Shown here in pieces: positions 53,798-61,531 of a stretch of 64,000 nucleotides of DNA. This DNA comes from an uncultured virus (IMG/VR IMGVR_UViG_3300036770_003021) (Duplodnaviria > Heunggongvirae > Uroviricota > Caudoviricetes), in IMG/VR virus record IMGVR_UViG_3300036770_003021, positions 62,001 through 126,000 of that record. One strand, 5' to 3'. The notes under the pieces are model-generated. The model was given only the letters and a program-made list of their open reading frames with translations, was not told where the DNA came from and ran no database searches. Positions within the stretch are counted from its first letter, which is position 1; every line of letters starts with the position of its first letter. The position numbers and the translations under genes are program-made.

Positions 53798-53803
53798 ATA
53801 AAA

Positions 53804-53877
53804 TGGTCGGCCACGCCAGAATTGAACTGGCTCCACATGCTCCCAAAGCACGGATGCTACCGTAACACCTGTGACCG
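53804..53877 (-). tRNA. tRNA-Pro(TGG), second copy
   Basis: CGTGC-TT-TGG-GA-GCATG, CCA. Confidence 0.87.
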
Positions 53878-53899
53878 TTTGATTTGTTAATCAAAAAAA

Positions 53900-53974
53900 T
53901 GGTAGGCGGTAAAGGATTTGAACCTCTGGCCTTGACCGTGTAAAGGTCCTGCTCTTCCACTGAGCTAACCGCCC
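53900..53974 (-). tRNA. tRNA-Val(TAC)
   Basis: GACC-TT-TAC-AC-GGTC, CCA. Confidence 0.93.
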
Positions 53975-54122
53975 ATTTAAAATTTGTTGGATTGTGTACC
54001 TATCGTTGGTAGCCCTTATTTCTAAGGACCGGCGTCTCCTATTCCTTGGCTCGCCTCTACGGTTTTGATCTCAGTTCAAACTTTCTAAAGACTGTTGATG
54101 TTGTTTACATCGTTATATTTCT

Positions 54123-54150
54123 AATTTACCACACCTTCTCATTTTGTCAA
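54123..54150 (-). promoter_or_regulatory. sigma70-like promoter heading tRNA array 1
   Basis: TTGACA-N10-GTGTGG-TAAATT. Confidence 0.7.
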
Positions 54151-54162
54151 CACCTAAAAATC

Positions 54163-54225
54163 AAAAACCCGTCATTCTTTTTTTGAAGTGACGGGTTGGT
54201 TCTTTTAGGAGCAAACAACCTCGCC
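54163..54225 (-). promoter_or_regulatory. attenuator 1: antiterminator (54216-54225 with 54190-54198) overlapping terminator (54163-54197)
   Basis: GGCGAGGTTG pairs with CAACCCGTC; alternative AACCCGTCA(C)TTC/GAATGACGGGTT plus U-run. Confidence 0.7.
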
Positions 54226-54226
54226 T

Positions 54227-54280
54227 TCAACTTCCGGATGGGAGTTGACTGGCTTGACTAGGTTGTGAAATTAAATTCAT
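54227..54280 (-). CDS. putative leader peptide 1, MNLISQPSQASQLPSGS
   Basis: 17-codon ORF just upstream of attenuator hairpins; codons match array 1 amino acids. Confidence 0.7.
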   Translation of the reverse strand: MNLISQPSQASQLPSGS

Positions 54281-54327
54281 ATTGTTACTAATATATAGTA
54301 TTCAAAATACAAAATCAACAAAATTTT

Positions 54328-55236
54328 TTAAAAAGTTTTAAATCCACTCAAATCGAACTCGTTAACTTTATATCCAACACTTAGTGATGATATTGTATTA
54401 TTTATTTCGGTTATATAACTAGGAATACTTGTTCCAACACCAGCAGAACTTCCTAATGTCATATACCAACCACCTATCAATACTATTTCATTATTAATAA
54501 TAGTAGAGACAATATTGCCGCTGTCACCACCAATTAAAGCTTCAAAATATTGCGCTCTATTAGGATCTTTTGATAGATTTATTACTGTGTTATTTGATCC
54601 ATATGAACCATTAATACCTCCAAATTCTCCAATCAAAGCTTTTCTTTCTTGATCAGAATATAGTATTGGGAAATTAATTTTGTTCACATCAAAATATTTG
54701 GTGTAATTAGCTGGCAATACACTGTATACTTTTAATGAATCATCAACTTCTTTATCCAACTCACCAATTAAAATGTCTGTATTACCCACTCGTTTTGTTT
54801 TGACAACATTGTAAGTAAGTGTAACGTTATTATTATTTACAAAGAAAATAAGAAATGGAGTTGATGAATAAGGCACGTGATTTGCAAATAATACATGTTT
54901 CTTAGTTATAAGTGTTCCGCCGCCAACTCCTCCTAAAGGTACAATACAAGAAGAATATCCCGTCAAATTAATACTCTTTGCCCAACAATTATTGTTTCTA
55001 GGCCAATTATAAGGATTAACATATGGAGTTAAAATATTCTTGTCTTTCTTTTCTTTAATTAAATTGTCAAAGTTAGAATTGATATGTGACAACAAATCCA
55101 ACTTTACTACATTTGTTGTTCCAGTTATTCCTGATGATGATGCTTGTGATGATAAAGCATCTTTCTTTGCCTGATCAATTATTTTTTGTAACAAAATTGC
55201 GTGTTCCGCTAATAAACTTTCCATTATAGTAGGCAT
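54328..55236 (-). CDS. trypsin-like serine protease
   Basis: GTLITKKHVLFANH, DILIG, GGDSG catalytic triad motifs. Confidence 0.75.
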   Translation of the reverse strand: MPTIMESLLAEHAILLQKIIDQAKKDALSSQASSSGITGTTNVVKLDLLSHINSNFDNLIKEKKDKNILTPYVNPYNWPRNNNCWAKSINLTGYSSCIVPLGGVGGGTLITKKHVLFANHVPYSSTPFLIFFVNNNNVTLTYNVVKTKRVGNTDILIGELDKEVDDSLKVYSVLPANYTKYFDVNKINFPILYSDQERKALIGEFGGINGSYGSNNTVINLSKDPNRAQYFEALIGGDSGNIVSTIINNEIVLIGGWYMTLGSSAGVGTSIPSYITEINNTISSLSVGYKVNEFDLSGFKTF

Positions 55237-55278
55237 AAAATAAATCTTTCTTTATTTATAAATATGCGCAAAATAAAA

Positions 55279-55302
55279 AACCCGCTTATTTCTAAGCGGG
55301 TT
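55279..55302 (-). terminator. intrinsic terminator
   Basis: AACCCGCTTA-TTTC-TAAGCGGGTT plus U-run on minus strand. Confidence 0.8.
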
Positions 55303-55327
55303 CACATTTGTAATTCTACAATTACTA

Positions 55328-56026
55328 TTAGAAGGTCAATTTCAAACCACCAGAATATACAATGTCACCACTAAATTCACGGGTTGCCCAATTGTACTTG
55401 GTAGTATTAAAGTTGTTGTCATACCATCCAGCACTTACAAATGGAGTAAATACACCAAATGAAGTTTCAAACGGACGAGTCAATGCCAACTTTGCATTTA
55501 CAGCGGTATAATCTTCTACCTTACCATACTCAACTCCAGGAGTTACAACAAATCCAAATGGAAGTTTTTGAGCACGTTCTGCACCAACAAATACACCACT
55601 TTGCTTCAAGTCTACATCATAATATCCACGAACATATGGTGTAACAATCTTGTTTGGTAGTGCCAACTTAACACCAAATTCAGTGCTGTTGGGAATACCA
55701 AAGTTACCAGCTTGGTGACGAGTTACAGTAGTATCCAATCGTGCGGAAAATACATCCTTCCACACATTTACTTCTTTTCCAGCACCCAAAGTCCAATGAG
55801 ACTGATCTAGGTCGCCATTGGCCAAAAGAGTACCACCCAAATATACATCCGCATACTTTAAACTCTTTACAGCACCTACACCCACAAATGGCGTGCCTTC
55901 AGAACGAGCTACACCGTTAACGATGTACTGGTTGTTATAACCAGCCTCTACTGAGATGTTAGAATTATCTCCAGCAGTAACTGCTAGAGCGGTCAACAAT
56001 GACACTAATACTAATACTTTCTTCAT
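55328..56026 (-). CDS. outer-membrane beta-barrel protein (porin-like)
   Basis: Signal peptide, amphipathic beta-strands, C-terminal GGLKLTF BAM-type signal. Confidence 0.75.
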   Translation of the reverse strand: MKKVLVLVSLLTALAVTAGDNSNISVEAGYNNQYIVNGVARSEGTPFVGVGAVKSLKYADVYLGGTLLANGDLDQSHWTLGAGKEVNVWKDVFSARLDTTVTRHQAGNFGIPNSTEFGVKLALPNKIVTPYVRGYYDVDLKQSGVFVGAERAQKLPFGFVVTPGVEYGKVEDYTAVNAKLALTRPFETSFGVFTPFVSAGWYDNNFNTTKYNWATREFSGDIVYSGGLKLTF

Positions 56027-56164
56027 ATTTTTAACTATCCTTTTTGTTTGTTTTGTTATTTACACCACACTAATTCAGATTACAAAAAAATAACCATCTT
56101 TAATGCGTTTTGGGACCGTCCCAAATATTGTTGTATATAAATAGTTTTATATTTTTATAATAAA

Positions 56165-56488
56165 TTATTTATTTACCGCTGACTTTTTGAGTTTTTTATA
56201 CAAAGCTTTGTCTTTCTCAGGCAAATAAACATACGACGCTTTTTGTGACTTTTTATTTTCACCCAAAACACTAAGCGTATCTTCACTTACCTCCAACACT
56301 TTACCAATAGCATTTTTAATAAACCTAAAACTATCAGTACCAGATATTTCTATACAAATGCCGTAATTTAAACTTTTATATTGTACATCAGTAGCTCCAT
56401 AAAAAGAACACAAAATGTCTTTAATTTTAGCCTTCTTGTCTTCACTAAAGACCAGATTAGCCATATCAATTTTACTTAATTCATTCAT
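56165..56488 (-). CDS. hypothetical protein
   Basis: 107 aa ORF. Confidence 0.6.
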   Translation of the reverse strand: MNELSKIDMANLVFSEDKKAKIKDILCSFYGATDVQYKSLNYGICIEISGTDSFRFIKNAIGKVLEVSEDTLSVLGENKKSQKASYVYLPEKDKALYKKLKKSAVNK

Positions 56489-56499
56489 ACTATACTTTT

Positions 56500-56527
56500 A
56501 TTATACTTGTTAATGTCACATTGTCAA
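56500..56527 (-). promoter_or_regulatory. sigma70-like promoter
   Basis: TTGACA-N16-TATAAT. Confidence 0.7.
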
Positions 56528-56589
56528 TAAAAAATAAAACGATTAATTTTTACATTAATCGTTGTACTTTATATAAATTTATTTAATTT

Positions 56590-57003
56590 TTACTTTGATT
56601 TTTTCATCAACTGCAACGCCTTTTTTAACTTTGGGTCTTGTTGAGCTTTTGATTGTAACCAAGCATTGTAATTGCTTTTTTCACTACGAGCGTCTTCACT
56701 GTCTCTATATAGTTTAGCATATTTCTTTACAATGTCTCTAAATGGATCACCACTTTCTTTAAGTCTGGCAATTTTATCTTTCAACATCTGTTTGTATTTC
56801 TCAATAGAACCATAATCTTTTGCTCTACTTGGATCAGGATTTTTTAACAAATTTTCCAAGTCTTTGATGTCTTTAGCTTTATCAGTTTCAGATAAAGTAG
56901 CAGTCAATTTATCACTCTCTACTTCAGCTGCATTGTCAAAATCTTCAACTAAAATTTCCTTGGTCAAACTTTTGATTAACTTTTTTAAATCGTTCTTGGT
57001 CAT
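56590..57003 (-). CDS. hypothetical protein with head-protein-type leader
   Basis: MTKNDLKKLIKSLTKEILVE. Confidence 0.65.
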   Translation of the reverse strand: MTKNDLKKLIKSLTKEILVEDFDNAAEVESDKLTATLSETDKAKDIKDLENLLKNPDPSRAKDYGSIEKYKQMLKDKIARLKESGDPFRDIVKKYAKLYRDSEDARSEKSNYNAWLQSKAQQDPKLKKALQLMKKSK

Positions 57004-57038
57004 ATGTTATAAATATAAAAATTGTAAAATAGGTACAC

Positions 57039-57209
57039 TTATTTTTGTTTTATGCTTTCACTCCAACCAACTCTGTGTTTGGTCATCCAATCTACCAACG
57101 CTTGTTCAAATCCTATATCGTTTCCAAGTTTTTCACTCTCTATCCATTTATGTTTTTCAATTTCTTTTTTCAATTCCAAAAACTTTTGATAGAGATTACT
57201 TTTTTCCAT
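57039..57209 (-). CDS. small DUF4032-like protein (56 aa)
   Basis: Manual translation MEKSNLYQKFLELKKEIEKHKWIESEKLGNDIGFEQALVDWMTKHRVGWSESIKQK. Confidence 0.7.
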   Translation of the reverse strand: MEKSNLYQKFLELKKEIEKHKWIESEKLGNDIGFEQALVDWMTKHRVGWSESIKQK

Positions 57210-57271
57210 ACCCAAATAAATAGAAAATAAAATGGAGTATTGTGTAATATACGAATTAATTTTAAAATTTT

Positions 57272-57362
57272 TGGAGCACGATCAAGGTTACGCTCCTTGC
57301 ATATGTATTTTCATACAATGATGTTTTGCAGACATCTCAGTTCTCTAGCTCTGTCATCGTGC
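57272..57362 (-). tRNA. tRNA-Cys(GCA) with long variable arm
   Basis: GATGT-CT-GCA-AA-ACATC, U73, CCA. Confidence 0.8.
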
Positions 57363-57373
57363 TTTATATAAAA

Positions 57374-57448
57374 TGGTTGTCACGGTAGGACTTGCACCCA
57401 CAATCTTCTGGGTCAGAACCAGCTGCGATTCTATTACGCTACGTGACA
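57374..57448 (-). tRNA. tRNA-Gln(CTG)
   Basis: CTGG-TT-CTG-AC-CCAG, U1-A72, CCA. Confidence 0.75.
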
Positions 57449-57450
57449 AT

Positions 57451-57525
57451 TGGAGCCTGCAATTGGTTTTGACCCAATATCTATCAATTTACGAAATTGA
57501 TGCTTTACTATTAAGCTATACAGGC
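57451..57525 (-). tRNA. tRNA-Thr(CGT)
   Basis: TCAAT-TT-CGT-AA-ATTGA, CCA. Confidence 0.85.
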
Positions 57526-57531
57526 ATTAAA

Positions 57532-58335
57532 TTATTCGTCCGCATTTGAACCAAAAATACGCTTCCAAAAACCCACTTTTTTAGGTTTTTCCTCTTGTTT
57601 TGATTCATCTACTTGATTAATTTCTTTTGATAAATTATTTGAGTGCTGATTTGAAATTTTCATCAAAACTTCCGCACCTTTTGGCCACTCACCCAATTTG
57701 TTTTTAAATTCATAACCACTTTTTTTCATATTTTGTCTCAAATTTTGAGCCAAAAGTGCATTTTCTCTCTTCAATTCCTCTATAATTTTTTCATACTCAA
57801 CAATCTTGTTCTTCAAGAAATCTCTTTCTTTTGTAAGCTCTTCAATCTTAGCCACAAGCTCATTTTGATCTTTATCAGTCTTTGCAACTTTAAGCTCATC
57901 ACTCAAATCTACGATCTCTTTAGTCATTTTTACAAGCGTATTACGCAATGATTTTAAATCAGATTCAAGCGCAGATTTTTCTTGGGTCAAATCTTTAATC
58001 TTTATGTCTTTTTCATCAGATGATAATTTTAACTTCTCAGTAATATTCTGTAACTGAGTTAAATTAGTATGCAATATACTCAATTTATTGTCATAACTCT
58101 TCAATAATGAAGTCATTTCCACATTTTTTTGATTTAAATTGGTAATCAATAAACTTTGATTTACAACAATCTCAGACTGATTAGCAACTTTTTTAGACAA
58201 AACTTTATTGTCTTTATTTAATGAACTAAATAATGCGTATAATCCAAAAATTACCAATACAATTACAGCAATTATTGAATATAATACCTTTTTATTAGTA
58301 AACGAAAATGTTTGGGGAGAGTTTGTAGATTCCAT
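57532..58335 (-). CDS. membrane-anchored coiled-coil protein
   Basis: N-terminal TM helix, long heptads, C-terminal GFWKRIFG amphipathic helix. Confidence 0.75.
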   Translation of the reverse strand: MESTNSPQTFSFTNKKVLYSIIAVIVLVIFGLYALFSSLNKDNKVLSKKVANQSEIVVNQSLLITNLNQKNVEMTSLLKSYDNKLSILHTNLTQLQNITEKLKLSSDEKDIKIKDLTQEKSALESDLKSLRNTLVKMTKEIVDLSDELKVAKTDKDQNELVAKIEELTKERDFLKNKIVEYEKIIEELKRENALLAQNLRQNMKKSGYEFKNKLGEWPKGAEVLMKISNQHSNNLSKEINQVDESKQEEKPKKVGFWKRIFGSNADE

Positions 58336-58388
58336 AAATTTATTTTATTATATATATAATACCCTCACACTTAAATATATTTTTAAAA

Positions 58389-58462
58389 TGGAGCCTCCAG
58401 CAGGTACCGCCCCTGCGTTTCATCATTACCAATGATGTGTAATACTTTTATACTATGAAGGC
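58389..58462 (-). tRNA. tRNA-Thr(GGT)
   Basis: CATCA-TT-GGT-AA-TGATG, CCA. Confidence 0.87.
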
Positions 58463-58467
58463 AAAAA

Positions 58468-58545
58468 TGGCACACCCGGCAGGATTCGAACCTGCAATCT
58501 TCTCGTTAGAACCGAGTCGCTTTAGTCCAGTTTAGCTACGAGTGC
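58468..58545 (-). tRNA. tRNA-Arg(TCT)
   Basis: CTCG-GT-TCT-AA-CGAG, CCA. Confidence 0.88.
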
Positions 58546-58687
58546 GTTAAAATTACCCACCACTGTTCGAACAATGGTGGCACCAACACGATAGTTTGCT
58601 AATAGGCTTATTCGGTTTGTGTTCGTCGTCAACACAAATCCCGCTATCTCTTTTACCACACGACCTGCTTCATAGAGTTGGTGAAAA

Positions 58688-58761
58688 TGGTTGACCGTGC
58701 CGGTTACGCTCCGGCGTAGGACGATTATCAGTCGTCTATTCTGCTATTGAATTAACGGTCA
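58688..58761 (-). tRNA. tRNA-Ile(GAT)
   Basis: GACGA-CT-GAT-AA-TCGTC, CCA. Confidence 0.87.
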
Positions 58762-58768
58762 ATTGAAA

Positions 58769-58844
58769 TGGCGAGGTATATGGGTGCTGCCCCCACTATC
58801 TTTTCCGTGACAGGGAAATGAGTCTGCTGTTCCTCTTATACCCC
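58769..58844 (-). tRNA. tRNA-Asp(GTC)
   Basis: TTTCC-CT-GTC-AC-GGAAA, CCA. Confidence 0.87.
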
Positions 58845-58935
58845 AAAAAATTGGTGCTGTGCTCTCCACGCCGTCTCTGTGTTTTACCGATTGTACCGGT
58901 CGGCAGTCACTTATGGGGCCAGTTACCCATTAAAT

Positions 58936-59014
58936 TGGTGGAGCCAGTGGGTAATGCTCCCACACGAATCGTCCGGTTAAAAGCCGGCTGCCCGTCTATT
59001 GTGGCTTTGACTCC
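58936..59014 (-). tRNA. tRNA-Lys(TTT)
   Basis: CCGG-CT-TTT-AA-CCGG, CCA. Confidence 0.85.
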
Positions 59015-59108
59015 ATAAATTGGTGGGTCTTTCCCTCTGTCACTCTTTAATCCCTAGGATTTCAACCCCGGCAAATATCGGTTACGAGTTACCGCTAGAC
59101 TTATAAAA

Positions 59109-59184
59109 TGGTGGAATCATCGGGATTTGAACCCGAATCACGATATTAAGAGTATCGTAGTCTAGCCAATTGACTTATGATTCC
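59109..59184 (-). tRNA. tRNA-Lys(CTT)
   Basis: CGATA-CT-CTT-AA-TATCG, CCA. Confidence 0.92.
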
Positions 59185-59226
59185 ATTATTAAAAATTTCT
59201 TCTTACATTGTCAACGAACTATAATC

Positions 59227-59254
59227 ATCTTACCACACTTTATAACTTCGTCAA
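59227..59254 (-). promoter_or_regulatory. sigma70-like internal promoter in tRNA array 2
   Basis: TTGACG-N10-GTGTGG-TAAGAT. Confidence 0.7.
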
Positions 59255-59272
59255 CAGCTTTTTAAAAAAACT

Positions 59273-60022
59273 TTAAACGTTACTTTGTTTCTTTGGATAT
59301 GGTTGAATTGACTTAATCAATCCACCCAATATTCTTTTACCATCACTAGAATTTTGTCCGGATAAAATATAAATGTACATATGTTTTCCAGTAGCAGTTC
59401 TTATTTCAAATGGACTATTAGGATTGGTTCTTGCATCATTTGCTGCATCTTTACCAGTTTCAAAACCATACTTCTTTATTTGTGGTAATCTATACACCCA
59501 CTTGTTTTCTTTTTTATCCCACAAACGTTTTGTATCTTTACTCTTGCCTAAATAAATTGCATTTGTTGCTTGATATATAGATCCAGTATGTCCCTGTCCA
59601 CTATCAGCCCGTGTAATAACAACCTTTAATTCGGGATAATCCTGTTTAATCTTTTTATTACCCAAACCAATTACATACGACGCCAAGTTGCTTAACTCAG
59701 GTATTTGTTTTGCCTCAGGTTTCAAATATAATCTCAATAACTCAAATACTTCATTCTTTTGCAATAAACTGTTGCCCTCTGCATCTACAGCTATTTCTTC
59801 ATAATCTTGTGGCTTGGTGGTTTGTCCATAAACAATCACTCCTACCATATCCACATTACCATCTGTCTTCTTGTACATCACACCATAATTAGCAGCCACC
59901 GCCGTAGGATATGTCTTTAAATAATGCTGCTTAATAAAATTCAATACTTCAGATTTACTCTTGGGTTCCAAATATACACTATCTTTCAAACCCTCCAATA
60001 TTAATTCTTTCAATTTAATCAT
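59273..60022 (-). CDS. Mom-like (GNAT-fold) DNA modification protein
   Basis: FIKQHY, ELLRLY, ADSGQGHTGSIYQATNAIYLG. Start moved to MIKLKEL (60022). Confidence 0.75.
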   Translation of the reverse strand: MIKLKELILEGLKDSVYLEPKSKSEVLNFIKQHYLKTYPTAVAANYGVMYKKTDGNVDMVGVIVYGQTTKPQDYEEIAVDAEGNSLLQKNEVFELLRLYLKPEAKQIPELSNLASYVIGLGNKKIKQDYPELKVVITRADSGQGHTGSIYQATNAIYLGKSKDTKRLWDKKENKWVYRLPQIKKYGFETGKDAANDARTNPNSPFEIRTATGKHMYIYILSGQNSSDGKRILGGLIKSIQPYPKKQSNV

Positions 60023-60055
60023 ATGATATAAATATCTGCATGCATCGTCAAAAAA

Positions 60056-60131
60056 TGGTCCCAATTGTTGGTTCCGCCCCAACCTCTCAAGTTCTTCAGA
60101 CTTGCGCTTTCACTAGGTTAGCTTAACTGGG
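60056..60131 (-). tRNA. tRNA-Phe(GAA)
   Basis: CAAGT-CT-GAA-GA-ACTTG, CCA. Confidence 0.85.
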
Positions 60132-60232
60132 ATTATAAATCTATTGACAAGTCAAAGGAATCGAACCTTTTCGGAACAGAGTCGCCCGCTCCTTTACCAC
60201 GCCCTGCGCACTAGCACCTGTCAAAAACTAAA

Positions 60233-60333
60233 TTGTGTGGTTGGAATCGAACCAACGGCCCGTGCTTATTCACACTTTTACGGTGTCATTTACCATCATA
60301 GTGAGCACTGATCTACCCCTGAACTACACACAA
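60233..60333 (-). tRNA. tRNA-like gene with 37-nt expanded anticodon loop; identity undetermined
   Basis: Acceptor TTGTGTG/CACACAA, D-arm, GTGCT/AGCAC stem, T-arm GTTGG-TTCGATT-CCAAC. Confidence 0.65.
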
Positions 60334-60340
60334 TCTAAAA

Positions 60341-60727
60341 TTAAATTTTGTTTTTTGTTTTTTGCCATTTTTCTACACAATATTCGTGGTATTCTTTTTT
60401 GCAAATTTCACATCTACATTTATGATTTATATAACCAGATTTACCGTGTTTCCAAGATTCTCTATTAATTAAATAATCTTTGTTATCTAAACTTTTCTTC
60501 AAATGACACGGATAACATAATAATTGACATTTGTGTATTTCTCTTACAAAGACTTCTATATTTGTTGTAAACATAGAAGATATTTCATTCACTTTCGTTC
60601 TTGGATCTATATGGTCAAATTGTAAATCTTTTTCAGAATTACATTTACAACATTTACCTCCAAGCATTTCAAGTCCAAGTTGTTTTCTTTTTTTTCTATA
60701 GTTTTGTATATATTCTTTTGTAGGCAT
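60341..60727 (-). CDS. HNH endonuclease
   Basis: CCKC, LQFDHIDP, CQLLCYPCH, HG..GY..HKCRCEIC. Confidence 0.85.
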   Translation of the reverse strand: MPTKEYIQNYRKKRKQLGLEMLGGKCCKCNSEKDLQFDHIDPRTKVNEISSMFTTNIEVFVREIHKCQLLCYPCHLKKSLDNKDYLINRESWKHGKSGYINHKCRCEICKKEYHEYCVEKWQKTKNKI

Positions 60728-60807
60728 AAATTTCTCCTACAAATAAATATCATTGAATTAAACTAAAGTTACAAAAAGTTACAATGTTGTAATTGTTGTT
60801 AATAAAA

Positions 60808-60893
60808 TGGTGGGGTATGTAGGTAATGCTCCTACCCAGCCCGAAGGCAACGGTTTTACAGACCGTTCTGCGTCTTTATCAGTATAATACCCC
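60808..60893 (-). tRNA. tRNA-Tyr(GTA)
   Basis: ACGGT-CT-GTA-AA-ACCGT, variable arm, CCA. Confidence 0.87.
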
Positions 60894-61031
60894 AAAAAAT
60901 ATATAATGTATGATGAACAATGAAATTATTTAAATTTCTTAAGGCACTTTATGTTCATACTATTGCAATTTGATCAACTGCCTAACCCTCAATCAGCATA
61001 CTCCATACATCATATAAAACTATTGAAAGAG

Positions 61032-61154
61032 CTCCAGAGGAGGGTTTCGAACCCCCAACCCTGCGGTTAACTTTGGCCTTGTGAGATTTGCACTCTCTAT
61101 TAAATAATACTTTATGGCCCACAGCCGCATGCTCTACCATTGAGCTACTCTGGA
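61032..61154 (-). tRNA. tRNA-Asn(GTT) interrupted by a 51-nt insertion in the anticodon loop
   Basis: Canonical Asn body; removing 61072-61122 restores TGCGG-CT-GTT-AA-CCGCA. Confidence 0.8.
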
Positions 61155-61162
61155 ATTGAAAA

Positions 61163-61240
61163 TGGCTCCAGCCCTTGGCTCCGCCCCAAGCTCGACACGG
61201 TTTAACAGACCGCCGGTTACACTAAGTTTCCTTGACTGGA
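61163..61240 (-). tRNA. tRNA-Asn(GTT)
   Basis: GCGGT-CT-GTT-AA-ACCGT, CCA. Confidence 0.82.
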
Positions 61241-61384
61241 ATTAAAAATTAAATTTGAAAGTGTGGATTCTCTTACCACCACTTAGGGCGGACTGCCCAG
61301 TTCTGACTTCAACAGACTCTCTTTCAAAAAATGTTTACTGGATTTCACTATGCTTGTTCCACCTACTAACTATAACCTCGTCAG

Positions 61385-61414
61385 ATTATAACCTTCAATG
61401 TCTATCAGTGTCAA
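61385..61414 (-). promoter_or_regulatory. consensus sigma70 promoter inside array 2
   Basis: TTGACA-N18-TATAAT. Confidence 0.55.
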
Positions 61415-61431
61415 TACATTACTTACTACTT

Positions 61432-61508
61432 CAACTATTGATTCAGATTCGAACTGAATGACTACTGCATACAGCGCAGTTGCTTTACCAATTAAGCTAC
61501 GTTCGTTG
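61432..61508 (-). pseudogene. tRNA-like element with intact D, anticodon and T arms but disrupted acceptor stem
   Basis: TAGCTTAATTGGTAAAGC; ACTGC-GCTGTAT-GCAGT; TTCAG-TTCGAAT-CTGAA; no CCA. Confidence 0.6.
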
Positions 61509-61531
61509 CCTTCACCTAATGTATTTAAAAA

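Noticed and set aside
54161..54229. TGA readthrough extending leader 1 (RRGCLLLKEPTRHFKKRMTGF)
   Set aside because: The extension coincides with the hairpins, and no suppressor or Sec tRNA is seen
60023..60082. Upstream start of the Mom-like ORF
   Set aside because: It overlaps tRNA-Phe; the ATG at 60022 follows a TATTTATA box and gives the shared leader
60270..60306. Amber suppressor tRNA (CTA) reading of the expanded loop, implying a recoded genome
   Set aside because: There is no U33 and no defined splice sites; long ORFs are intact in code 11 and TAG/TGA end genes normally
61072..61122. Group I intron in tRNA-Asn
   Set aside because: Only 51 nt, with no catalytic core and no U|...G| junction
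61330..61400. Hammerhead ribozyme (CTGACGA...GAAA); similar hint at 53538-53595
   Set aside because: The three required stems cannot be formed around the core
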